Assembly: GCA_015064505.1 (NCBI GenBank)
Contig: SVSB01000001.1
Coordinates: 56,826 to 120,825, forward strand
Length of the DNA: 64,000 nucleotides
From: Oscillospiraceae bacterium
GTDB taxonomy: Bacteria > Bacillota > Clostridia > Oscillospirales > CAG-272
Direction: 5' to 3'
Part shown: piece after piece, positions 27,531 to 36,415 of the stretch
Numbering within the stretch: the stretch's first letter is position 1
Layout: every line of letters starts with the position of its first letter
Notes under the pieces: generated by a model
The model's input: the letters and a program-made list of their open reading frames with translations, nothing else
What the model was told of the DNA's origin: nothing
The model's database searches: none
Program-made: the position numbers and the translations under genes

Positions 27531-28955
27531 ATGGCAGAAAAGAATTATTCAAGCGATCTTCGCGTTATAAATGTGGGCCTTCAGTTCTTCTACGATTCTC
27601 TCGTATCCCAGAACGTAAAGGCAACTCAGCTCCAGTGGCGTCCTCCCTTCAAGGTCAATGCAGAGGTTGCAAACGCTCAGGCGGCAATCAGCTCTCCCGA
27701 CCTTAAGGCAAAGATCGACGCGGCAAACGAGACCGCAGTTAACTACGTTATCAACTCTCAGCCCTACTGGGTAGACGTTAAGCCCGCAGGCGAGGTAGTT
27801 GAGGGTCTTGACGATTACACCATCATCCACTCCGGTCCTCCCATCGAGCACGAGGACATGGTTATGCTTCACCGCCGCGGACTCGTTTCCGCCTGCCTCT
27901 TTGAGGGTTGGGCAAAGAACGAGGAAGAGGCTATGAAGCTTATTACAAGCGGCAAGATCAAGCTTCTCTCCGCTCTTGACACCAACACCGTTGGTGCAGG
28001 TACCGGTATTATTACCAAGAGCGTTGCAATGATCGTTACCGAGGATCGCGCAACCGGTAAGATCGCCGCTACCTTCCCCGCAGAGGGTCCCAACCAGGGC
28101 GGATTCTGCGGTTGGGGTCTTTACAGCCAGGAAATCGCAGATTACCTCCGCTATATGCGCGAGGAGCTTCTCCCCGTAATGGCTATCGTTGCAAAGAACA
28201 TGGGCGGTCTTGCTACCAAGCCCATTCTTGCAGAGGCTATGCAGATGGGTGACGAGAACCATACCCGTCAGACCGCTGCAGACCTTCTCTTCGATAAGAA
28301 GGTTCTTCCCGAGCTCTTCAAGCTCGATATGCCCAAGGAGCAGATCATGAAGGTTCTCGACTACATCGTTGAGACTCCTCGCTTCTTCCACTGCTTCGGT
28401 CAGGGCGCAAGCCGTGCGGCTATGCTCTCCGCAGTTGGCACTCCTTACTCCACCATGGTTACCGCTATCTGCGGAAACGGCGTTGAGTTCGGTATTAAGG
28501 TTGCAGGCCTCGGCGACGAGTGGTTCTGCGCTCCCGCACCTATGATGAAGGGTAAATACACCTCCTCCTCCTTCAAGGAAAGCGATCAGCTTCCCTGGAT
28601 CGGTGACAGCTGCGTAGTTGAGTGCGCAGGTATGGGCGGTATCGCCGCAGGTGCTTCCCCCATCGTATGCAACCTCCGCGGTCTTAAGCTGAAGGATGCT
28701 ATCGGCATCTCCCGCGAGATGGAGCAGATCTGTATCGCCCGCAACTACAACTTCCCCATTCCTAACCTTGATTTCGACTTCCTCCCCGTAGGTATCGATA
28801 TCCGTAAGGTTCTGGAAACCGGCATCTGCCCCGAGATCCACGGCGGTATGTTCAACTACACCGGCGGTCTTATGGGCGCAGGCTCCGCGCGCGTTCCTAT
28901 GCTCTGCTTTGAGAAGGCAATGAAGCGCTTCGCAGAGAAGTACGGCAACGCTTAA
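27531..28955 (+). CDS. ylbE: DUF1116 (YlbE/AllG/YahG-like) protein with fused N-terminal INVGL..WRPP segment
   Basis: HSGPP, FEGWA, MGDENHTR, GNGVEFGI, GDS, GIDIRKVLETGICP. Confidence 0.85.
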   Translation: MAEKNYSSDLRVINVGLQFFYDSLVSQNVKATQLQWRPPFKVNAEVANAQAAISSPDLKAKIDAANETAVNYVINSQPYWVDVKPAGEVVEGLDDYTIIHSGPPIEHEDMVMLHRRGLVSACLFEGWAKNEEEAMKLITSGKIKLLSALDTNTVGAGTGIITKSVAMIVTEDRATGKIAATFPAEGPNQGGFCGWGLYSQEIADYLRYMREELLPVMAIVAKNMGGLATKPILAEAMQMGDENHTRQTAADLLFDKKVLPELFKLDMPKEQIMKVLDYIVETPRFFHCFGQGASRAAMLSAVGTPYSTMVTAICGNGVEFGIKVAGLGDEWFCAPAPMMKGKYTSSSFKESDQLPWIGDSCVVECAGMGGIAAGASPIVCNLRGLKLKDAIGISREMEQICIARNYNFPIPNLDFDFLPVGIDIRKVLETGICPEIHGGMFNYTGGLMGAGSARVPMLCFEKAMKRFAEKYGNA

Positions 28956-28967
28956 GCTCCATAAATA

Positions 28968-29009
28968 ATTGCCCCGTCCTGCCCCTCAAAAGGAGCGAGG
29001 CGGGGCAAT
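28968..29009 (+). other. Intercistronic stem-loop between the DUF1116 and kinase genes
   Basis: ATTGCCCCG...CGGGGCAAT with no U-tract. Confidence 0.55.
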
Positions 29010-29027
29010 ATCTTAAAAGAGGAAAAA

Positions 29028-30212
29028 ATGAAAGAAATTCGCAACGTAATAGTTCTGAACCTTGGCTCCACCAGCTTTAAGTTCAAGCTTTTTGATTTTG
29101 CAAATAACGAAAAGGTGCTTGCAACGGGCGAGATAGAAAATATCGGCACCGCAGGCGGCGCATACAGCATCTCCACGGGAGATAACACCGTCAAGGGTGC
29201 TTGCGATTGCAAGGTACACGGCGACGCCTTTGCCCTTCTTATGGACGCGCTTACAGGGGCGGGCATCTTAAAAGGTCTTGACGAGCTTGACGCAGTAGGC
29301 TACAAGGCAGTTCACTGCGGCGCCCTTAAGGGTGCACAGCTCGTAAACGACGAGCTTATCGCAAAGCAGGAGAAGTTCATCTCCTTTGCTCCCGCTCACA
29401 ACCCCATCTACATCAATATGATGAAGCAGGTATCCGAGCGTTGGCCCGATCTTAAGCAGGTGGCTTATTTTGAAACCAGCTTCCACGCAACCATTCCCGA
29501 CGAGCGCGTAATATACGGCGTTCCCGTGGAATGGAAGGACGAGATGGGCGTGCGCCGCTACGGCTTCCACGGCTCCTCCCACAGCTACATCGGTATGAAG
29601 ATGCAGGAGCTGGAGCCCGAAGCTACGAAGGTAGTATCCGTACACCTTGGCGGCTCCTCCTCCATCTGCGCTATCAAGAACGGAGAAAGCGTTGCTTCCT
29701 CCATGGGCGCAACTCCCCAAAGCGGTCTGTTCCATAACAACCGCGTGGGCGATTTCGACGTATTCTGCATTCCCGAGCTTGTAAACAAGTACGGCGATCT
29801 TGATACGGTAATGAAGAAGCTTTCCAAGGAAAGCGGCTTTTTGGGTGTCAGCGGTGTTTCCAACGACCTGCGCGACGTTATCGCCGCCGCAGAGGACGGA
29901 AACAAGAACGCACAGCTGGCTATCGACGCATTCGTTGATAATATCGTAGGATACATCGGTATGTTCTCCGCATATATGGAGGGTCTTGACGGAATCGCCT
30001 TCACGGGCGGTATCGGTCAGCACAGCCACAAGGTACGCACCGCGGTGCTGAAGCGCCTCGCTTGGCTTGGCGTTGAGCTGAACGATGCGGAGCTTGAGCG
30101 CAGCTCCGACGGAAAGATCACCACGGATAACAGCAAGGTTGCCGTTTACGTCCTCAAAACCAACGAGGAGCTTATGGTAGCTCGCAAGACCGTTGAATTC
30201 CTTTCCAAGTAA
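29028..30212 (+). CDS. ackA: Acetate/propionate kinase family enzyme (divergent active site)
   Basis: NLGSTSFK, PAHNP, RRYGFHGSSH, HLGG, FTGGIG, TNEELMVA. Confidence 0.88.
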   Translation: MKEIRNVIVLNLGSTSFKFKLFDFANNEKVLATGEIENIGTAGGAYSISTGDNTVKGACDCKVHGDAFALLMDALTGAGILKGLDELDAVGYKAVHCGALKGAQLVNDELIAKQEKFISFAPAHNPIYINMMKQVSERWPDLKQVAYFETSFHATIPDERVIYGVPVEWKDEMGVRRYGFHGSSHSYIGMKMQELEPEATKVVSVHLGGSSSICAIKNGESVASSMGATPQSGLFHNNRVGDFDVFCIPELVNKYGDLDTVMKKLSKESGFLGVSGVSNDLRDVIAAAEDGNKNAQLAIDAFVDNIVGYIGMFSAYMEGLDGIAFTGGIGQHSHKVRTAVLKRLAWLGVELNDAELERSSDGKITTDNSKVAVYVLKTNEELMVARKTVEFLSK

Positions 30213-30217
30213 TTATG

Positions 30218-30255
30218 AAAAAGCTCCCGCAGACTCGGTCTGCGGGAGCTTTTTT
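30218..30255. terminator. Bidirectional intrinsic terminator
   Basis: AAAAAGCTCCCGCAGAC-tcg-GTCTGCGGGAGCTTTTTT between convergent genes. Confidence 0.88.
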
Positions 30256-30285
30256 ACTTCGAGTCTGTCATCAACTCACTGCCGT

Positions 30286-31422
30286 TCAAAAATCATTCCT
30301 GAACTCAATGCTTCTCCAGGCGATATTTCCGTCCTTCAGGGTCATACGGGGAGCAAGGAAATAGGAAGCGTCTATGCGGTGGCGTCTGCCGTCAAAGAGC
30401 ACGCCGCCGTCGTTTTTTACCTCAAATACCGCAATATCGGCTCTCTCTCCCACCTTCAGTCTGCCGCCCGTGAAGCCCAAAATATCTGCGGCGCCGGAGG
30501 TTGCGCGGCGAAGGACCTCCCCCTCGTCCATACCGAGAGAAACAAGCTTTGAAAGGGTCATCGGCAAAGCAAAGGTACCGCTGAAGAACACGCCCTTATC
30601 CGTAACGTCGCCGCCGATAATATCGGGCAAGAAGCCCTCTGCAAGAGCGATCTTGAAAACCTCAAAATCAAAATGGAAGCAAGCGTCTCCCACGTCGAAT
30701 ATCACTCCCCGCTCACGGGCCTCCAGAATACGGCGATCTATCCTATCCCCGTCAATTACGGTATTCCCCCTGCCCTGATAGGTGTGGGTGAAAATATCTC
30801 CCTCGCCCATCATTTCAGCAAGCTCACCCGCGGGAAAATCGGGGTCTGAAACGTGGGTGCAAAGAGGCACGCCGAGGCCGTGAGCAAGATCAAGGGCGGC
30901 GGCAAGAGGTGCTTTGCCGTAATGACGGGAGCATTCCTTGCCCATTCTTATTTTAAGACCGCACAGCTTGTCGGGATATTTTTCAAACATACGTTCTATT
31001 TTTTTCTTATCGAATTTTTCCGGGTCTATATCCTCCGGATAGGAGCGCAGGCTGTTAAGCCCGTAGGAGCAGACGTTCATAAAAAGCCGCGTTTCCACGG
31101 GGGCGGTGTACATTGCGTGCGCAACGGAATCAACGGTGTTACAGCCAACGCTTCCCGCGTCAAGAGCGGCGGTAACGCCGAAGGGCAGGCAGGCAAGCTT
31201 TGGGTCAACTCCGATGCCCGCGTATGGCGCAAGATGGGCGTGAGCGTCAATAAGACCCGGAGTAACGGTCATACCCGTGCAGTCTATCTTAAAATCGGCA
31301 TTATAGTCCTCAATCCCGCCGATTGCGGCAATTTTACCGCCGTAAACGGCAATATCGGTGCCGCCTTCAATAAACCTTTCACCGTCAAAAAGACGGCAGT
31401 TCTTTAAAATAACGTCGTACAT
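30286..31422 (-). CDS. Amidohydrolase/deacetylase (dihydroorotase-like, EF_0837/COG3964 type)
   Basis: PGLIDAHAH, DAGSVG, GLKIR, THV, GDIFTH, RGVIFDVG, ADIAVF. Confidence 0.85.
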   Translation of the reverse strand: MYDVILKNCRLFDGERFIEGGTDIAVYGGKIAAIGGIEDYNADFKIDCTGMTVTPGLIDAHAHLAPYAGIGVDPKLACLPFGVTAALDAGSVGCNTVDSVAHAMYTAPVETRLFMNVCSYGLNSLRSYPEDIDPEKFDKKKIERMFEKYPDKLCGLKIRMGKECSRHYGKAPLAAALDLAHGLGVPLCTHVSDPDFPAGELAEMMGEGDIFTHTYQGRGNTVIDGDRIDRRILEARERGVIFDVGDACFHFDFEVFKIALAEGFLPDIIGGDVTDKGVFFSGTFALPMTLSKLVSLGMDEGEVLRRATSGAADILGFTGGRLKVGERADIAVFEVKNDGGVLFDGRRHRIDASYFLAPRMTLKDGNIAWRSIEFRNDF

Positions 31423-31502
31423 AACAGACCTCACAAAATGCTTGCATAATATTCAAAACAATGCTACAATATTATAAAAGGAAGAAAAAACGAGGAGCGT
31501 CT

Positions 31503-32066
31503 ATGAAAAACGATCTTTCCGCATACCGTTGGCACAGAAACGGTATCACCCTGCGCCCCCAGACAAACGCCGACTGGGTGCACTTTTTCAATAACTATTT
31601 TGACAGCGAAAGGCGCTTCAATTTTTATTCCGAGGCAGAGGGTCCCGAATGCGAGCGTTCCGCAGAGGAGCGATTTGCCACGTTCCTTGCGAAGTCCAGG
31701 GAGAAAGGCAATATGGACCTTGCGGCAGAGGATGCGGAAGGAAACGTTGTAGGCTCTCTCGATCTTTACGCGGTAGACAAGCGCCACGGCACGTTCCAGA
31801 TCGCCGTTGCGGTCTGTGACGGGCACACGGGCAAGGGATATGCAAAAACCATGATGAGCATACTCCTTGACTACTGCTTCGGCGAGCTTCGCCTTAATAA
31901 GCTGAACGCCCGCGTAATGGAGGGCAACGAAGCTTCAAAAAGATTGCATCTTTCTCTGGGCTGCAAGGAAGAAGGCGTGCACAGAGAGATGTACTTCCAC
32001 GGCGGAAGATATATAGACGAATATTTCTACGGTCTTACGAAAGCAGATTGGGAACAGAGAAAATAA
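31503..32066 (+). CDS. GNAT N-acetyltransferase (RimJ/RimL type)
   Basis: GKGYAK, YCFGELRLNKL, NEAS, LGCKEEG..RE. Confidence 0.85.
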   Translation: MKNDLSAYRWHRNGITLRPQTNADWVHFFNNYFDSERRFNFYSEAEGPECERSAEERFATFLAKSREKGNMDLAAEDAEGNVVGSLDLYAVDKRHGTFQIAVAVCDGHTGKGYAKTMMSILLDYCFGELRLNKLNARVMEGNEASKRLHLSLGCKEEGVHREMYFHGGRYIDEYFYGLTKADWEQRK

Positions 32067-32507
32067 TCATTTCCTGCCCGTGGAGCCGAAGCCTCCGTCG
32101 GAGCGCACGGTATCCGTAAGTTTGGTTGCTTCACAGAACTCAAATTGCGGTGCCTGTGCAATAACCATCTGGGCAACGCGCTCACCGCTCTCCACCGTTT
32201 GAAGAGCGGAGGAATGATTATGGAGGGCGACCATTATCTCACCGCGGTAATCCGCGTCGATAACACCCACCTTGTTTGCGGGGGCAAGTCCCCTTTTTGA
32301 GGCAAGTCCGCTTCTTGCGTATACGAAGCCTGCGTATCCCACGGGGATCTCCATAGCAATGCCCGTGTGGATCAGTACGGTTTCACCGGGCGCCACGGCA
32401 ACTGCGCTCTCCTCTGCAGAAAAAAGATCAGCTGCGGCGGCGTATTCACTTGAATAAACGGGTATTTTACCAAGAGGCGAAAGAATTTTAACGTTTATCT
32501 TTTCCAT
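32067..32507 (-). CDS. dut: dUTP diphosphatase
   Basis: AAADL, ARSGLA, GVIDADYRGE, RVAQ, RSDGGFGSTG. Confidence 0.97.
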   Translation of the reverse strand: MEKINVKILSPLGKIPVYSSEYAAAADLFSAEESAVAVAPGETVLIHTGIAMEIPVGYAGFVYARSGLASKRGLAPANKVGVIDADYRGEIMVALHNHSSALQTVESGERVAQMVIAQAPQFEFCEATKLTDTVRSDGGFGSTGRK

Positions 32508-32646
32508 ATCATTCTCCGTTATTTTTTATATAGCTTTATTTTATCACGGGCACGGAGGAAAGTAAAGCAGAAGAAACGAAGAGTGAGAAAAATACTTTTA
32601 AAAATTAAAAAAATCGCTGAAAATCAACGATAAAATCAAAAAAACC

Positions 32647-32675
32647 TTGACAATGGCAGTATTTGTGTGTATAAT
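32647..32675 (+). promoter_or_regulatory. Consensus sigmaA promoter for yceD-rpmF
   Basis: TTGACA-17-TATAAT. Confidence 0.85.
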
Positions 32676-32730
32676 ATCTTGTGCTGTTGTTCAATCGTGA
32701 GTAATTGTGCGATTTTGGAGGGCATTTGAG

Positions 32731-33279
32731 ATGATAATTGACCTTACTGCTCTCTTAACGGGAGAAGCTTCCACCATCGATATTGAGTTTGATTTCACCC
32801 CCGATATGGGTGAAGAGGCTCCGATGGCGCTTGCGGATGTTTCCTTCCCCCACGGCGCTCACGCAAAGGGCAGGGCTGTGGATAACGCAGGCTATATCCG
32901 CCTGGAGCTGGATGTTTCAGCTCCCTGGCAGGGGGAATGTGCCCGTTGTCTGGAGCAGGTAAACGGAACGCTGGAGTTCTTCTTCGAACGCACCGTAGCC
33001 GCCAAGGGTACCCTCGAAAACGAGGAGGAGGTTGCAGACTATTCCTCCGAGTACCTGATTGCCGAAAACGGCAAGATCGCTCCTGTAAAGGAGCTTTCCG
33101 ACAGCATCGCCTTTGAATTTCCATCAAAGGTGCTGTGTGATCCCGATTGTCCCGGTATGTGCGCCCGTTGCGGCAAATCTCTGAAGAACGGAGACTGCGG
33201 CTGCAACAAAAAAGAGCATGATCCCCGTTGGGACGTGCTTCGCACCATGAAATTCCCCGATGATCCGGCGGATCAATAA
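32731..33279 (+). CDS. yceD: YceD/DUF177 family protein
   Basis: CARCL, P.KVLCDPDCPGMC..CG, DPRW; lies upstream of rpmF. Confidence 0.92.
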   Translation: MIIDLTALLTGEASTIDIEFDFTPDMGEEAPMALADVSFPHGAHAKGRAVDNAGYIRLELDVSAPWQGECARCLEQVNGTLEFFFERTVAAKGTLENEEEVADYSSEYLIAENGKIAPVKELSDSIAFEFPSKVLCDPDCPGMCARCGKSLKNGDCGCNKKEHDPRWDVLRTMKFPDDPADQ

Positions 33280-33333
33280 TTAAGTTTATAAAATAATTAG
33301 ATAGCGGTTTTCCGCAACTCAGGAGGTGTAACC

Positions 33334-33528
33334 ATGGCAGTACCAAAGGCAAAAGTTTCTAAGGCTCGCAGAGATAAGAGACGTTCCAACGTTTGGAAGC
33401 TCACCGCTCCCGGACTTGTAAAGTGCCCTCATTGCGGCGAGTATACTCGTGCGCACCGTGTTTGTGCAGCTTGCGGCTTCTACGACGGCGTTCAGATCGT
33501 CAAGAATGCTGACGAAGCTAACGCGTAA
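33334..33528 (+). CDS. rpmF: 50S ribosomal protein L32 (Zn-ribbon type)
   Basis: MAVPKAKVSKARRDKRR, CPHCG, HRVCAACGFY. Confidence 0.97.
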   Translation: MAVPKAKVSKARRDKRRSNVWKLTAPGLVKCPHCGEYTRAHRVCAACGFYDGVQIVKNADEANA

Positions 33529-33537
33529 ATTTTAAAG

Positions 33538-33566
33538 AAAAACCGCCGCGCGCACGGCGGTTTTTT
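33538..33566 (+). terminator. Intrinsic terminator after rpmF
   Basis: CCGCCG-loop-CGGCGG-TTTTTT. Confidence 0.8.
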
Positions 33567-33603
33567 CAATTCTCCGCATTTCTTTACTTCCGCGGAACAA
33601 AAC

Positions 33604-33641
33604 AAAAAGTGTCAACGGAAAATTTCCGTTGACACTTTTTT
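33604..33641 (-). terminator. Intrinsic terminator after spoVG
   Basis: AAAAAGTGTCAACGGAAA / TTTCCGTTGACACTTTTT. Confidence 0.75.
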
Positions 33642-33666
33642 CGTTCGGTGGTATACTGTTAACAGA

Positions 33667-33996
33667 TCAAAGATCCGTGCCCTCGCTGCCGTCAGCAAAG
33701 GCAGACTCGGAATTCTCCTCGTTTGCCATAACCTCGGCAAGAGCAACCTCGCGGTTATACGCGTCGATCACCTGCTCCTCCATTCTTGCGCGGAAGTCGG
33801 AGTTGATGGGGTGAACGATGTCACGGTATGTTCCGTCGGGATTCTTGCGGCTGGGCATTACGATAAAGATCTTCTCTCTTGCGCTGATGACCTTAACGTC
33901 GTGCAGAGCAAGCTGACCGTCAAAGGTGACGGAAACGATGGCCTTCATGGGGCCCTCGTCAAAAAGCTTTCTTACTTTGATATCAGTGATTTCCAT
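33667..33996 (-). CDS. spoVG: Septation regulator SpoVG
   Basis: MEITDIKVRK, KAIVSVTFD, MPSRK, YRDIVHPIN. Confidence 0.95.
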   Translation of the reverse strand: MEITDIKVRKLFDEGPMKAIVSVTFDGQLALHDVKVISAREKIFIVMPSRKNPDGTYRDIVHPINSDFRARMEEQVIDAYNREVALAEVMANEENSESAFADGSEGTDL

Positions 33997-34140
33997 TAAA
34001 AATTCTCCTTCATACAGTCGAAATCCGACCAAATTATGTCCTTTTTATCATTATATTTGCCTTATATGATGGCTATGTGAACAAAAAATTCTAAAATCGA
34101 TATCCTTTTTAAACAATTTGTTAACAAACCGAGGTACCAT

Positions 34141-35526
34141 ATGTCACTACCCAACACAAGATACGGAGCAAAGGCAATATGCGAGATGCTGGCGGGCGGA
34201 AAAAAGGTTTTTTTCTGCGGTATCGGCGGCATACATATGTCCAGCCTTGCCCATATTGCCGCGCTCATGAACTGCAAGGTAAGCGGCTCGGACAGACGCC
34301 GCTCCCCTCTTACGGAGAGGCTTGAAAAGGAGGGCGCTGTTATATATTATTCCCATAATGCGGAAAATATTCAGGATGCGGAGCTTTTTGTTTACACCGT
34401 TGCAATTTCTCCCGATAATCCCGAGTATCTGGAAGCCCAAAGAAGAGGCATCCCCACGGTCAGCCGTGCGGATTTTCTCGGCTTCGTTATGTCCGCGTAT
34501 ACAAATCGCGTTGGCATCAGCGGCGCCCACGGAAAAAGCACCTGCGTTTCCATGGCGGCGCATATATTTGCGGAAACGGGTATGGATCCCACCGTCATTT
34601 CGGGCGCGGAATACGCAGGCATGGGCGGTGCTTACCGCATCGGCGGCAAAAAGGATTTCATTTTTGAATCCTGCGAATATATGGATAATTTCCTTTCCTT
34701 CTGCCCCAATCTTGCGGTCATACTGAATATAGAATTCGACCACGCCGATTATTTTGCGGATCTTGAGGCGGTGCGCGCATCCTTTGCAAGCTACGCAAGA
34801 CTTTCCATTGCAAACGGCGGCAGGGTTCTTGCAAACGGCGACGACGAAAACACCCGTATCGCCCTTGAGGGTATAGAGCATATTACCTTCGGCATCGGAG
34901 AAAACAACGATTACCGCGCCGTTGATATCAAGATAGAGAATGGCAATCCCCGCTTCACGGTGATCTGCCCCGATGGGGAAAAATACGCTGTTTCCCTGCC
35001 CGTTGCGGGAGAGCATAACGTTTATAACGCACTTGCATCCTTTGCCGCCCTTGATATATGCGGCGGCAACAGAGAAAAGGCAGCCAAGGCGTTTGATAGC
35101 TTTATGGGCGCAAAGCGCCGCATGGAGTTCAAAAAAGAGGTGCGCGGAGCAAAGATATTTGAGGATTACGCCCACCATCCCACGGAGATACGCGCCACCA
35201 TCCGTGCCGCAAGAATGGCACAAGGCGGCAGAGTGATATGCGTGTTCCAGCCACATACCTATTCCCGCACCGCAGAGCTGCTTGAGGATTTTGCCACCGC
35301 CCTCGGAGAGGCGGATAAAACCTATCTCCTGCCCATTTACAGCGCAAGAGAGACGGATACCCTCGGCGTATCCTCCGAGCTTTTGGCGTCAAAAATTGAC
35401 GGCGCCGTGGCGGCGGAAAGCTTTGAAGCTCTGGCAAAGATCCTTAACGCCGAGCTTAAAGAGGGCGACACCCTTCTCATTACCGGCGCGGGCGACGTTA
35501 TAGCTCTCACGGATTTGATAAAATAA
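34141..35526 (+). CDS. murC: UDP-N-acetylmuramate--L-alanine ligase
   Basis: GIGGIHMS, GAHGKST, ESCEY, DYAHHPTEI, FQPHTYSRT, GAGD. Confidence 0.96.
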   Translation: MSLPNTRYGAKAICEMLAGGKKVFFCGIGGIHMSSLAHIAALMNCKVSGSDRRRSPLTERLEKEGAVIYYSHNAENIQDAELFVYTVAISPDNPEYLEAQRRGIPTVSRADFLGFVMSAYTNRVGISGAHGKSTCVSMAAHIFAETGMDPTVISGAEYAGMGGAYRIGGKKDFIFESCEYMDNFLSFCPNLAVILNIEFDHADYFADLEAVRASFASYARLSIANGGRVLANGDDENTRIALEGIEHITFGIGENNDYRAVDIKIENGNPRFTVICPDGEKYAVSLPVAGEHNVYNALASFAALDICGGNREKAAKAFDSFMGAKRRMEFKKEVRGAKIFEDYAHHPTEIRATIRAARMAQGGRVICVFQPHTYSRTAELLEDFATALGEADKTYLLPIYSARETDTLGVSSELLASKIDGAVAAESFEALAKILNAELKEGDTLLITGAGDVIALTDLIK

Positions 35527-35581
35527 TACACACGGCAAATCTATCTCCATTTTAAAGCTTAACTCCTTTCTAACGCTTAAC

Positions 35582-35616
35582 GGTAGGGGGCGGCACCTTG
35601 GAAGCCGCCCCCTACC
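35582..35616. repeat. GTAG-type palindrome (REP-like, or murC terminator)
   Basis: GGTAGGGGGCGGC-9 nt-GCCGCCCCCTACC. Confidence 0.6.
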
Positions 35617-35642
35617 TATAAAAATAATTTTCAAAAAAACTA

Positions 35643-35671
35643 TTGACAAAATGGATCGCATCTGTTATAAT
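35643..35671 (+). promoter_or_regulatory. SigmaA promoter (extended -10) of tRNA-Thr
   Basis: TTGACA-17-TATAAT with TG at the extended position. Confidence 0.85.
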
Positions 35672-35689
35672 AACCCTTGCTGTGAGAGT

Positions 35690-35765
<76 letters not shown>

Positions 35766-35944
35766 AAAATCCCGTTCACGAAAGTGGGCGGGATTTTTAC
35801 TTATTACTTCTTACTTCTTCACTCTTACTTCGAATAATGTTTTGAACGGGATTTTTGGAAGGTAATAAGTAAGAAGTAATAGGTAATAAGTATTGAGGCT
35901 TCGCCGCTTTTATGCTATAATACAGCCAAGGCGGTGAGTTATAT

Positions 35945-36252
35945 ATGGGATGCTTGTTTTTTCCTTTAGAGTTATTGGTTGACGGTATTATTGAGGGCTG
36001 ATTTTACTTGATGGAATGGATAATTCCTGAAAGGTATATTACACGAACGGTCCAAATTGTTTTAAAGGTTTTTGTTTGGATTCTTTCTGGTTTGCTCTTT
36101 GTGATAATATTCCTAGGTGTTTTTGCTATTATTTCACCAGATCCTGATACACATTTATTGGGGAAATATATGATTTTATACCTCTTGGAATAAGTGTCAT
36201 TCAAATTCTTTTAGGTATTATTGTGCGTATAATTTCAAAAAAGAAAAAATAA
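35945..36252 (+). pseudogene. Small AT-rich membrane-protein pseudogene (in-frame TGA plus frameshift)
   Basis: ATG at 35945 with RBS; TGA at 35999; the hydrophobic reading continues in a shifted frame after ~36175 to KKKK-TAA at 36252. Confidence 0.6.
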
Positions 36253-36374
36253 AGAAAATCCTCGGTTTTCACCCAGTTCTTTTTCGGACACGAATGACAA
36301 AAATCCTGAAAACTTTGTTTTCAGGATTTTTTATTTGTGTCCGCAGAACACAACCATATACACACTACGAAAAC

Positions 36375-36410
36375 AAAAACGGAATGCACCGAAAAATGCA
36401 TTCCGTTTTT
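36375..36410 (-). terminator. Intrinsic terminator after pepD
   Basis: AAAAACGGAATGCA...TGCATTCCGTTTTT. Confidence 0.7.
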
Positions 36411-36415
36411 TTATT

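Noticed and set aside
34012-34050. SigmaH promoter for spoVG (AGGA...GACT)
   Set aside because: The -10 element and spacing match the consensus poorly.
35999-36001. In-frame TGA as selenocysteine or alternative genetic code
   Set aside because: The same frame also has a frameshift, TGG is used for Trp nearby, and TGA terminates many genes in the window.
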